This document shows positions 53,633 to 64,000 of a stretch of 64,000 nucleotides of DNA, in pieces; the first letter of the stretch is position 1, and each line of letters starts with the position of its first letter. The stretch lies in NCBI GenBank assembly GCA_000165345.1, contig CM000436.1, forward strand, positions 736,001 through 800,000, in the 5' to 3' direction. The notes under the pieces are model-generated. The model saw only the letters and a list, made by a program, of their open reading frames with translations. It was not told the DNA's origin and searched no databases. The position numbers and the translations under genes are program-made.

Positions 53633-54538
53633 TTATGTTTTTTTAATATTATTTTCTGTGTTATGTTCAAGTAACAATTCTAAAGTTTTTTGCATTTTAA
53701 GTGATTTCTTAATAAACTCAGAAATACCCAAATTATGTGAGTCGATATTGCGTTCCAATTCTAGTGGATAAATGCTTGGCTGTTTCGGAATTTCAGTAAA
53801 CACTTGAGATTGAGGCGTTGAAATGTCTGAAGAACCTTCAAGTGGAGATGAAATTACTTCTGTTTTATCTCTTGATTTATTTTGAGCCCAAGTAAAAGGA
53901 GCACCATATTTTGAACGAAGTCTTTGTCTTTGATTTTGTTTTAAATTATTTGGCTCAAATATATTTTGATTATTTAATTTCTCTTGTTCATCTTTCTTAG
54001 ATATTTTAAGAGCTTTAAGCAAATTCTTTTTGTCGTTGGAAGTGTTTTGTTTAATAGGGTTGCAAATTTGAGTTTCCTTATTATTGCACTTGCCACCAAC
54101 TTGAGACGGTGATAATGGTACATTAGTCTCTGCAGTGTAAAATAAAGATATCAACTTTAAATCTTCATTATTTCTCAATGATGCTGGCCATGCCCAAGTT
54201 GGGATAAAGGATGAATTTTGAACCTCTGAATTATTGTGTGAAAGCTTTGAAGTGATTCTAAATTTATGTGAACAAATACTACCTGTTCTCAAAGGCTTGG
54301 GGTTAATACATTTAAACGCATGTGAATTCAAGCATGCATCATGAGCTTTGTGAGAAACCATAAATGCACGTAAATCCTCTTCAAATCTAGTTTTATAAAT
54401 TAACCTCAATTTTTCTGCTTTTTTTGCTAATTCGCTTGTATGATTAGATCTTTCTATTTCCAAAGCATTTCTATATCTTAAATGAGATATTTCGTCGTGT
54501 TTCCCATTGTTTGTGTATGTTTTAAACGAACCACCCAT
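53633..54538 (-). CDS. Hypothetical protein of about 300 aa.
   Basis: The track start at 54565 is a TTG; the first in-frame ATG is at about 54538 (MGGSFKTYTNNGK). I recognise no domain. Confidence 0.4.
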   Translation of the reverse strand: MGGSFKTYTNNGKHDEISHLRYRNALEIERSNHTSELAKKAEKLRLIYKTRFEEDLRAFMVSHKAHDACLNSHAFKCINPKPLRTGSICSHKFRITSKLSHNNSEVQNSSFIPTWAWPASLRNNEDLKLISLFYTAETNVPLSPSQVGGKCNNKETQICNPIKQNTSNDKKNLLKALKISKKDEQEKLNNQNIFEPNNLKQNQRQRLRSKYGAPFTWAQNKSRDKTEVISSPLEGSSDISTPQSQVFTEIPKQPSIYPLELERNIDSHNLGISEFIKKSLKMQKTLELLLEHNTENNIKKT

Positions 54539-54850
54539 TTTAACACCGCTCTTTTGATTAACCAAATTTTTTTTACTTAATCCACATAAAATTTTAAAAA
54601 ATAGAATTAATTATTCCCGCGAAAGTTTTTTTGCAATATGTTGGTAAAATAACTTAATAAATAATGGAGTCATACTCAGTCTAGAATAAGCTTTGAATTG
54701 TATGAAACTCATTATTTGTTACTTATTAATATGTATATTTCAATTTAATGCAAATTTTCATTTTAAATTAGTAATTTTTTAAGCGCTAACAATTTTAGAT
54801 CCTATAATTAATTTCCCATGTAAAAAGGCATTTTTCATTCTGTCATATTC

Positions 54851-55549
54851 ATGATATTTCTACCTAAGCGTCCGAATAAAAGATACGCAGGTCAATTTTT
54901 ACTTATCATTTTCTTATTTGTTTTTTATAAACTTGCTTTTAGCTCAGAAATTAGTGAAATTTCAGAATCTAACCAGTATGATCTAGAAAACGAAAATATA
55001 TCGAAAAGACCAGAAGGTGCCACTTCTATACCAATTAAAAAAAAATTATTTGAAAATTTTAGAAAGGAGGTGACAGTTGATAAGTACTATACAAAGGACG
55101 GAAAGAAAGTCAAAGTGATCTTAGTAAGAAAAAGACGTCCAGCATTTAATTGGCTTAGAAAATGGAGAAATAAACGAAAAATTAAAAATAAAGCAAAAAA
55201 AAGATATAAAATGAATAGGGATCGAAAAAGTAAAAAACCTAACATACTAAAAAGAGTATTTAAAAGAAAAAAAATGAATGATAAAAGTGAAGAAGACGCC
55301 AAAATATCAGATGTAAACTATGCGAAAGAAAACGAGGAAAGCGTTTCAAAAAGCGATATATTTGAGGAAGATACTGAGGTCAATAAAAACGAGGAAGATG
55401 AACCTAGAACGAAAGAACCAGATACTCAGTTGGATGATACGGCCCCTTCACCCAGCAGAACATCAAGTTATGAAAGAAGTTCAATTACTGGTGAAAATAC
55501 GGATCCTACTGATATGAAAACATCAACTTTCGATATTAGCGCCCTCTAA
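54851..55549 (+). CDS. Hypothetical secreted or type II low-complexity protein with an N-terminal hydrophobic segment, then a Lys/Arg-rich block and an acidic block.
   Basis: ATG at 54851. The hydrophobic segment is MIFLPKRPNKRYAGQFLLIIFLFVFYKLAFS. The K/R-rich middle is followed by an E/D-rich tail. Confidence 0.45.
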   Translation: MIFLPKRPNKRYAGQFLLIIFLFVFYKLAFSSEISEISESNQYDLENENISKRPEGATSIPIKKKLFENFRKEVTVDKYYTKDGKKVKVILVRKRRPAFNWLRKWRNKRKIKNKAKKRYKMNRDRKSKKPNILKRVFKRKKMNDKSEEDAKISDVNYAKENEESVSKSDIFEEDTEVNKNEEDEPRTKEPDTQLDDTAPSPSRTSSYERSSITGENTDPTDMKTSTFDISAL

Positions 55550-56076
55550 GCCATAAATCTATTCCTAAAATTTTATGAATTTTTTTCTCCATTCAAACTT
55601 TTGAGAATTTATCTCATTACTATAATATAACGTTTGGAATATTTATGCATGATCTTTGAATAGATGATCTTTGTATATTTTATATATTTTTAAATCGTGT
55701 TCAGTTGATTTATCGACAAAACTTAATATAAATAGCGGAATGTAGACATTTATTAAATTTATATTACTAAGAGATTATCGATTTGAAAATTAAATTATAA
55801 ATGAGACTATTTTATGTTTAAAGTTAATATCTATTAAAGTTAAATTAATATAAATTGAAATGTATCTTATTCCAACTAATATTTCAAGTAAAAATGAAAA
55901 CATGCAAGTTCCATGAATTCAATAGGCGTTTGGTCATTAAAAGGAAATTGATAAGTATAAAATATACGTAACAAAAAATTATTTTCATTTCTTTAATTAA
56001 TTCTTTATAAAATTCAACAAATCAAATTGATATTAACAAATATATCGGATAAATATCAAACTTCCAAATTACAAAT

Positions 56077-58704
56077 TTATCTAAATTTACTGTTAGGGTG
56101 CGCAATTCCTTTCGGATTACCCAAAATAATTTCTTGATTAAACTCGACTTTATCTCGATGAAATTTACTTTTAATAAGTATCCAGATAAATATTCCTATG
56201 AATATCGATCCAGAAATACTCAAAATCCCTATTATTCTATTGGAAATACTTTTTTTTTCTTTCCCAACAAAAATTACTTTATCTTCATCAACATTTGAAT
56301 TGATAATATCATAACTCAAATTATTTGGATTTAAATCTAGTGCTTGATATTTATGATTTTTGACATCGTTTAAATCGCCAGAGGAATTTTTGTTTAAATC
56401 GCTAAGGTCCAACGATATTGGGTCAGTATTTGTGTTAATTGTCTCTTGTCTCAAATCCGAGTGAATATTTCCAATAACAGGAGATAGATGTTGCTTAAAT
56501 AATGAAATTGGGTTTAAATATTCCATTGTAATGTATAACGACTCAAAGCTTCTCCATTTAAATTCAATAGACTTTGTAACTTCTTCTGAATTTATGCCCT
56601 TAAGTTCATTACTGTAGATATTGATCTTTATATTTTCATCTGATGGCCCCCAAACCCTCCATGACCTGATAGGTAGTTGATGAGGCCATCTTGTTCCTCC
56701 AAAGTATTGAAATCCTAACCTTGAGTCGAACTTATTAGAATGGCCATTGCGAATATAATCAACAGCATATGCCTTTATTCCATGAATGCTCCCTAACGTA
56801 GTTCCAATTACCCAAGTATCTTTGGATTTATTAATTACTATCCCTCGATACAACACGTATCCAGGGTGATTTTTCTTCTTATTTCTTTTTTGTCTAAAGA
56901 AAGGGAATCCTAGATATTCTCCCAAATGAAAATAATCTCCATTGATATCATCAGTGCCTCCATTTATTACCATTTTAACATGTTTTGGTTTGATACCTAT
57001 AATTCTGACAAAAACTTTTTCTTCAACAAAATTACTATTTGGAATATTATGCACATATTTCTTTTTAAATGGGGGTTTCAAAAATGCCCAACCATCAGGC
57101 TCTAATTCCATCCCTCTTTCAGCAGGCCAATCAACTTCGGATTTAATTCTTGAATTGCTTGGCCTTCTCCAAATAGCCAAAATTTGGCTGGGGCTAGTAT
57201 TTCCCAATTGCCTTGAAATAATCCACGATATGGCATTTGACTCATTAACAAATGACCAAAGGTACAGACTATTTCCAGGGTATTCTACTATTGAACTTTG
57301 TAAGCTAACGTCCTCACTTCTTAAGGGCCCCCTTTGTACAAAGTATGGCCTACTCTTAAAAAATCCCTCCCAACTATATAAGGCATTAGAGAAGTATCCA
57401 TTCGCACCATTAATTATAATATCTAAAGTTCCCCGTGAAGGTGGTATACATGAAGAAATTTTGTATTTTGTTAATCCGCTAAATTTACTTAAATGAGGAT
57501 TGGGACAACCCGGAAATACTTGTAAATCGTCGGGTGATTCAACTAAAGGAATATGTTCAAGAATAATTGATTCCTTAGGTATAAAAGTAAATGGTCTTGC
57601 TTCTTCAACAATCAAATCCTTATCAAAAACCAATACACGCTTAGACTCCATTTCTTTAGGTATTGTAACAGGTAATGGATTCCTCAAGGGGGTGCTAGGA
57701 TCTAGTTCGACGTATGGAACTATATCATGAGCACTAAACTTTCTTGGCTGAACATACCATCCTCTAGTGTATGCAGGGGAGTATGGCCTTCCAATTATTT
57801 CTGCATAAATTTGTCCAACTGATATTTTTGGGTTATTAATTGGCCAAGTATCTCCAATACACCATCTTTCTATGGGGAAATTTAAAAAAAATATGTACAA
57901 GCTTGGCTCAGGATAAATTCTTCTATAAACTGGCCTAATAATTGGCTCAACATACCAAGGAAACCTTTCATCACTTTGAGACAATTGCATTGATTCTTCT
58001 CTCTTATATATTCCATGTAATGCAGCATTATATGAGGAACTACGGACTTCAATAAATAGTGGAGTATATCTTGCATATGGAATAGTACGTAAATATATTT
58101 CTTTCGAAAAAATTTCATCTTTTACATTTCCTGGAAATGAAAAATATCCAAAATTATTATATTTATTATTTTTAATCGAACTTTCTCCTTCGGTAATTTC
58201 ACTTCCTGCGCTAATATTATTATACTTTGTATTTAGTCTTTCAATCTCATTAATAACAAAATGTTCAATTCCGATCATTCTTTCGTTAGGTCTCACCATA
58301 AATGCAAACTCGTCAATTTGAAGACTTTCTATTTTTGGTTTTTTGATTAGTTTAAATGGCTTAATGGTAGATAATTCTACCTTTTGGGGAGATTTATAAT
58401 GCGACTTCCCAGAAACAGAAATATAATCATGTTGATTGATTGTTTGATTATTGTGGGTCTCTTTAATAAAAATATTCCTCGAATTATCTTTAATATCTAT
58501 TTGAGAGTTAGCTTCATTTAACTCTGAAATATTAATATCATCTATAATTGAAGTTTCATCTTCGCTTTCATCTGTAGAAAACGAACTTTTTTCATGCTTA
58601 TTTTTTAGTAAGTTAACCTCGATTAAATAACCAGTATTTTGGTCAAAAAATAAATAACTATATAGGTATATTAATGAAAATAGTCCCAGAAAATTAATAC
58701 ACAT
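56077..58704 (-). CDS. Large type I membrane glycoprotein of 875 aa with an N-terminal signal peptide, an ectodomain of about 800 aa rich in Trp/Pro/Tyr/Asn, and a single C-terminal TM.
   Basis: True ATG. The N-terminus is MCINFLGLFSLIYLYSYLFF. The C-terminal TM is IIGILSISGSIFIGIFIWILI, followed by a short cytoplasmic tail. I recognise no domain. Confidence 0.5.
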   Translation of the reverse strand: MCINFLGLFSLIYLYSYLFFDQNTGYLIEVNLLKNKHEKSSFSTDESEDETSIIDDINISELNEANSQIDIKDNSRNIFIKETHNNQTINQHDYISVSGKSHYKSPQKVELSTIKPFKLIKKPKIESLQIDEFAFMVRPNERMIGIEHFVINEIERLNTKYNNISAGSEITEGESSIKNNKYNNFGYFSFPGNVKDEIFSKEIYLRTIPYARYTPLFIEVRSSSYNAALHGIYKREESMQLSQSDERFPWYVEPIIRPVYRRIYPEPSLYIFFLNFPIERWCIGDTWPINNPKISVGQIYAEIIGRPYSPAYTRGWYVQPRKFSAHDIVPYVELDPSTPLRNPLPVTIPKEMESKRVLVFDKDLIVEEARPFTFIPKESIILEHIPLVESPDDLQVFPGCPNPHLSKFSGLTKYKISSCIPPSRGTLDIIINGANGYFSNALYSWEGFFKSRPYFVQRGPLRSEDVSLQSSIVEYPGNSLYLWSFVNESNAISWIISRQLGNTSPSQILAIWRRPSNSRIKSEVDWPAERGMELEPDGWAFLKPPFKKKYVHNIPNSNFVEEKVFVRIIGIKPKHVKMVINGGTDDINGDYFHLGEYLGFPFFRQKRNKKKNHPGYVLYRGIVINKSKDTWVIGTTLGSIHGIKAYAVDYIRNGHSNKFDSRLGFQYFGGTRWPHQLPIRSWRVWGPSDENIKINIYSNELKGINSEEVTKSIEFKWRSFESLYITMEYLNPISLFKQHLSPVIGNIHSDLRQETINTNTDPISLDLSDLNKNSSGDLNDVKNHKYQALDLNPNNLSYDIINSNVDEDKVIFVGKEKKSISNRIIGILSISGSIFIGIFIWILIKSKFHRDKVEFNQEIILGNPKGIAHPNSKFR

Positions 58705-60650
58705 ATCATTATTGAGAATAAAAGTCTTTATTTACAAATTTTGTGTGTGCGTACACACAATCCATTAGTAAAAATTTATATATCGTTGAACGAATATTTA
58801 GTCATCTTTGAAAATATTGATGGGTTAAAGAATCCAAAATCATAATTTTTGATAACTAATCTAATATGTGATTTTTTTTTTCCTCCAACAAATGGCTCAT
58901 TGCGCTATGATTATTATATTAAAATTGACAAAAGGTCGTTATAAATTTCTGTAAAGATAAATTATTTCATAAACTAAAAATAAATGTTCTACTAAATATA
59001 GCTTGAAAAAATATATATTAGCTTAAAAATAAATTAATAGTACGAAAATTATATTCAACACTTGAAAATTCAACTGCTTTTATTTAAGAGGGAAAAAGAA
59101 GTAATATTGAGTACTTTTGTATTTTAAGTTTATTTTATTCGTAAATCCAATTTATTAGGTAATTACAATCGAATTTTTAAAATTTAACAACTTTCAATTT
59201 ATAGAAATTGATTTAACTTTAATCATTCGAGTAGCCAATTTGATCCAAAAATAGTTCAATATGAAAAAGTTTAATTATAGTAATTACTGTGAAATGAATT
59301 AATTTGATATTTATTAACATGAAAGTTTTATTTTCAGCAAATAAAAATCACTACAGTAATTCATAGTATAACTATTCTTAAAAATCATGAACAAACCGAA
59401 AAAATTGAAACTAGAAAATTTATTAAATTATTATTTAAGATCTTTTCCGCAATCTGACAATTTGATGATTCTGATCTTATTCTGACTTAGTTCAACAAGA
59501 GGAATACAATACTTGAATTGAAAAGATTTAAATAAGTTCTAAATTATAAAGTCTCTAATAGTTATTTTGTGCAATAATTTATTAAAAAAGTTGCAACTAT
59601 GTTGATATTTTTGTAAATTTAGTTGAACTTTTTTTTTGAATAATAATACAACATTTAAATATTTTATTTGTACGTAACTTAAGCACTAAAAATTTACAAT
59701 TAAGACTTAAATGTTAATCACCAGCACTTAACATTATCATAATTCGAAGGAGCATATTTTGCCTTAAAATTCTATATTGTTTAAGAAATAAATCTATTAT
59801 ATAAAATATCGCAGTTATCATCTCTGAAATAGATTCTTATCATACTATTATGAAAAGTAAATTAGACATCATTTGAGCTATTAATATTCTCGTTAAATAC
59901 AATTAAAGTAGAAACAATTATCAATAGCTATAAATAGTTATTGGACATTGTAGAGAAATAAAGAACTTAAGGGTTTTTTTAGTATGGCACTTCATTTATT
60001 TAAATTGTAATTTACATAATTGTGCACTGGTTAACATACTATAAATCAAAAATGTTCAAGTGCGTTAATAATAAAGAGCTTAATCAAGGGAGTCAGAATC
60101 GGCAACATTTCCTCGTTATTGATAAATATTCTATTTAAATTTCGGGGAAAGGAATTATTAAACTTAATTTTCTTTATGAATTACTACGATTTGCACATAT
60201 TAGCTTGGATAATCACAATAAATGATGTAATTTGTTTTGAAAAACTAAGCAAAATTTTCGTTACAAATAGTTGAACCTTTTAAATATGTGTTTTGCATAC
60301 TAACAATACTACATTTTTTTAGAAAATGATTCAAGAAATTCAATTTGATATCAATACATGCAATGATTAACAATTGGTAATTGATAAATCAATCTAAGAA
60401 ACTTGAACCGCGTTAAATATTTTAAGACATTTTAGATTTCTGTCTACTTTTTTGACAAAAGCCCGGATAAAATTCCTCGTCTAAATTAAAGTAGACAAAA
60501 AAACGCCCCCACTATTTTGTAATATAATAATTAGCTCGTGCTGGAGAGTATCCGGTACTATTAATACCGCGAATTAGAAATAAAAAATAGATATAAATTT
60601 TATTTTAAATATAGATCGGACAAATTATGTAAAGATCTTGATGACTTTGG

Positions 60651-61865
60651 ATGTCAAACTTGAATAACTTAGCATTGCAATTGGTCCAGATTCTTAACCA
60701 GCATAGTAGCGATGGTGGACCGCAAAGTGCTGTATCATCCAACCAGACGGATACAGCAAATAAGTTTTTGCTTGAACACTATAATAATTTCTTTCTGCCA
60801 TATATTTCGAGAACGGGAAATGAGCATATTTTGAGCAATCCCTGTAACCAGAATTCCACTCCAATTGATCAGCTATTGACATCATATCCGAACAATACTG
60901 GTACACCAATTGGCTCCATTTTAAATTACGATCAATGCGGAAACTTAAAGTCGCCTTCACAATCTACTGATCAAGAACAATTGAATTCAAAACAAAATCT
61001 AGATCCATTAACCTATAATTCAGCGGTGAAATCTACACAACTATTACTTACCTTACAAAACCAAACTCCATTGATTGGGTTACAAAACACTCCGATCGAA
61101 GTTTCAAGACCGCAAGTTTCAAGTTCTTCTACTCAACAAGTCGCTCCACTTAATATACTTAACAATAATTTAAATAATTGGGCAGAATCTGCTCTTTCAA
61201 CATTGCTAGATAAGCCGGATATGCTTATGAATTTAATGCGACTTGGTGCTGCCAGTATTATGGCATCTTATTATGGACAGACACAGAATCCAACTGGCGT
61301 AAATATCTTACAACAAAGTTCTCCGTTTATTTATAATATGTCTCTTTCACCAAAACAAGCTGAAACACCCTGCATTAATAATGTTAGTCCTATTGAGATG
61401 AACAACTCTTCTATGGCATTTACTCCAGTAAAATCACCTTCAACAGAAAAAATTGAACACCAAACCCCGGTATTTACGCCGAATGCATCTCAACAGTTCT
61501 CCGACGAACTAGTTTTCTATAACTTTCTTGAACAGAGTAGAAAACTTTCGTGCGACATCAAAAATCAAAATGAGAAGAAAAATTTATCTACAAATAAAAG
61601 TAATGGACAACCTATTAGGAAAAGCTGTGCAGGGAGGCCACGGTTAGATCGTTCAGATTGGTGTTGTAGTTTATGTAGATGCATTGAAACTGCACAATGG
61701 AGATATCTCAGAAATACCCTCGAGAATAATCAAAACAATATTTGCCATCGTGGTAAAATCCTGGTGTGTAACGCTTGCTATTTAAGAGTGTCTAAGGAAA
61801 ACAAAATTAGACAAAAAATAAATACCTATAAACTAGAAGGAAACATAAAAATAGACGATACTTAG
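60651..61865 (+). CDS. Putative nuclear protein with a C-terminal GATA-like C4 zinc finger that has an unusually long inter-cysteine loop.
   Basis: ATG at 60651. The C-terminus reads CSLCRCIETAQWRYLRNTLENNQNNICHRGKILVCNACYLRVSKENKIRQK. Compare the GATA consensus CxNCxTxxTxLWRR...CNACGLY plus a basic tail. Here the spacing is C-x2-C-x30-C-x2-C instead of x17-18. The N-terminal 300 aa are Gln/Asn/Ser/Pro-rich low complexity. Confidence 0.45.
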   Translation: MSNLNNLALQLVQILNQHSSDGGPQSAVSSNQTDTANKFLLEHYNNFFLPYISRTGNEHILSNPCNQNSTPIDQLLTSYPNNTGTPIGSILNYDQCGNLKSPSQSTDQEQLNSKQNLDPLTYNSAVKSTQLLLTLQNQTPLIGLQNTPIEVSRPQVSSSSTQQVAPLNILNNNLNNWAESALSTLLDKPDMLMNLMRLGAASIMASYYGQTQNPTGVNILQQSSPFIYNMSLSPKQAETPCINNVSPIEMNNSSMAFTPVKSPSTEKIEHQTPVFTPNASQQFSDELVFYNFLEQSRKLSCDIKNQNEKKNLSTNKSNGQPIRKSCAGRPRLDRSDWCCSLCRCIETAQWRYLRNTLENNQNNICHRGKILVCNACYLRVSKENKIRQKINTYKLEGNIKIDDT

Positions 61866-62363
61866 GAATTGAAAACTTTTTTTTTATTTTTATTTTTCTT
61901 TATCTCCAAGATGTGTGCGTTCTATCCCTTTATACACACTAATTTATAGATGTAGGATTATGTCTCAAAGATTGCATTTTTATTCACAATTATTTACAAT
62001 GGGCCAAATATTCGTATGCGAATGCTGCGAAGAGCAATCTAGATGTATAATTGACCAGAATGAAGTGGAAATAGTGCGTCCAACACATTGCGTTACAGAA
62101 TATCAACGTAAAATGGGTTATATTCCAGTGATAACATGTAGCCCCATGTCATCAAGAAATCAAACTCCACGCTCAATAATTTCATCATATTTCTATTCAC
62201 CTAGAGGGAATGAGCCATGAAAATAGTTATTTTTTACTGTTTTTTTTCCCCCCTGATAAATAGGTCTTGTCTTTTTCAGTTCCCCCCCTTATTTTATATG
62301 GTATAAAACTCAATTACTTTATTTCATCACAATAGAATTGATTTATGGAAAATCCTAATTATT

Positions 62364-62615
62364 ATGAATGAAGAGGTTTTCAATCTCCAGTTTCCAGATT
62401 CTACAATTTCAAAGATTTCTAAATCAGTATTAAGTAACAACTCCCGTTTGTCTAAAGACGCATGCAAAATTATCAATAGATGTGCTACATTATTTTCAAT
62501 TTATTTAGCATCTCTATCGTGCCCCTCTAAAGATGGAAAAAAATCAACAGTGCAGGACTATAATGTAAAGGCTGCTTTGAAGTATATATCTTCGAAGAAT
62601 AATTCATCTATATAA
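62364..62615 (+). CDS. Small histone-fold protein of 83 aa, of the NF-YB/Dr1/DPB4/CHRAC class.
   Basis: ATG at 62364. FPDSTISKISKSVLSNNSRLSKDACKIINRCATLFSIYLASLSCPSKDGKKSTVQDYNVKAAL aligns with the histone-fold pattern of NF-YB-like proteins (LPxAxIxxIMK...AKExVQECVSEFISFITSEAS...KRKTIxxEDIxxAL). Confidence 0.4.
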   Translation: MNEEVFNLQFPDSTISKISKSVLSNNSRLSKDACKIINRCATLFSIYLASLSCPSKDGKKSTVQDYNVKAALKYISSKNNSSI

Positions 62616-63092
62616 ACATCCAAGAATATTTATTCTCATTTTTGTTTGAGATAATTCATTAGTGTTTATTGGTTACAATAACTCTTAAGAAAATGTGAAT
62701 TATCATTTTTTTTAATCCACAATGAAAATGCTTGAAGGTACTACAAAGTTAAGTAGTTTAAACAATTGAACGACATTTTTTCATTATAATAAATTACTTT
62801 AATCTCTTTCCAATTTACATACCAGATTATTTCTTTAAATATAATTTTTCGGCATTCACAAATACTATCAATAGATACATGTGAATTGATAGTTCCAGAA
62901 AACGAATAATATATTCGAAATAATATATGCGATAACAAGTTTCAAATCCTTACATGTTTAAAAGTTTCTTGAAATTTTTGTTATTGGTCATTGGAAAATA
63001 TATATATTTTTTCAGTCTATTTAAGTAAACTATTCCTATCTTAACTTTTAATTTGCTAATAAGTTGCTTTTTACATTACTAATTTGATCGAT

Positions 63093-63132
<40 letters not shown>

Positions 63133-64000
63133 GCACTTAAAATTCATATGCAGATCGAAGAATTTGACTATTTGAGAAATTTTTCTCATTCAAAACATAA
63201 CAATAGTATAAATATTTTAATTAGAAAAACAAGATCGATGTTCAAAGCCTGCGCTTTCCTTGACTTTTAGCTTCAATAACCAGGGAATTATGCAATTTAT
63301 TTTTATTAATTACAACACGAAGCGGAGATTGGGAAATATATCTTTTGTGTTATGTTATAATTTACTTATTTATATTGAAGTGATACGAATATCTGTAAAA
63401 CGGTTCTAATCTATTTAACGTTCAACGCATGATAGAACTAGTGGTTTGTAAAGTTGTTGAAAATAATATAATTTATTGACAGCATTAGTGCATTGAGTTC
63501 GAGATAGAAAGTTAATTATTCTTAAGTTCGAAAAATACTTTTATATAATTACTTACAGAAATGTATCCCACGCAACTTTTTTGGAATTTTCGGGAGTATT
63601 TTTCGCGTTATTAGAAACATATATCCATCGTCACACTAAATGGTAAATGGGGGGGCAGGGAAAAAACGGTTTATTTGATGCATATGTTATCTTAACCTGG
63701 AATAAATTAAATGAAAGAATATTATTAGTGTTCGCATTTCATATTAATAAATGGGAACATTTTTTTGTTTCCATACATCAGAAAGGACGATACGTAAGAT
63801 AAATCGTGAAATTAATTATATTACTAAGTCGAAGAAAAAGTTCGATGAGAAGTCAAATAAATTCATTTTAAATGCATTAAAATACGATGGAAAAAAGTCA
63901 AAAATTTTGGTTGACATAATTAAAATTGAAATATCTAGTTCAAATACTATTTTTGAAAAAAGGTTTTTATATTTGTGTCTGTTAGATAGATTAATTATTG

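Noticed and set aside
58741-58760. Near-palindrome ttgtgtgtgcgtacacacaa just upstream of the membrane-glycoprotein gene start on the - strand.
   Set aside because: It is short and imperfect, and likely a chance (TG)n/(CA)n juxtaposition. It could be a minor promoter element but nothing supports a specific function.
61915-62220. ORF of 101 aa (86 aa from the first ATG at 61960) with a Cys cluster (CECCEEQSRC), between the GATA-like gene and the histone-fold gene.
   Set aside because: The track start is a GTG. I recognise no domain. It sits in the likely 3' UTR or promoter interval. It may be a small real gene but the evidence is insufficient.

Overview
This is a eukaryotic, AT-rich (roughly 70% AT), very gene-dense window with about 30 protein-coding genes on both strands, almost all uninterrupted ORFs. 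The gene content and compact layout point to a Cryptosporidium-like apicomplexan chromosome. This identification is from pattern recognition, not a database search. Supporting points are an EF2 that matches the Cryptosporidium parvum EF2 sequence as I recall it from memory, a uridine kinase-UPRT fusion, a secreted protein with Notch/LNR repeats and a poly-Thr mucin tract, and intergenic spacers as short as 2 to 150 bp. The code is standard and stops are mostly TAA. There is no prokaryotic architecture: no operons, CRISPR or IS elements. Housekeeping genes include EF2, RPL10a, DENR, an RFC small subunit, SMC6, the splicing factor CWC22, exosome Rrp4, ERGIC3/Erv46, a TBCE-like protein and J-domain proteins. 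Lineage-flavoured genes are a giant protein of more than 4100 aa with a PH domain and a degenerate TBC-like domain, a ferlin-like protein with several C2 domains, an LNR-mucin, an SPX-EXS transporter-like protein and a GATA-like zinc-finger protein. There is one tRNA-Ile(AAU) with an oligo-T pol III terminator. Three small spliced genes, with GTAAGT...AG introns of 42 to 47 nt, are missing from the ORF track. The ORF track also reports TTG/GTG as M, so several track starts are not real ATGs. I could not fully reconcile my reading of the sequence with the track at a few positions, so coordinates may be off by 1 to 2 nt there.
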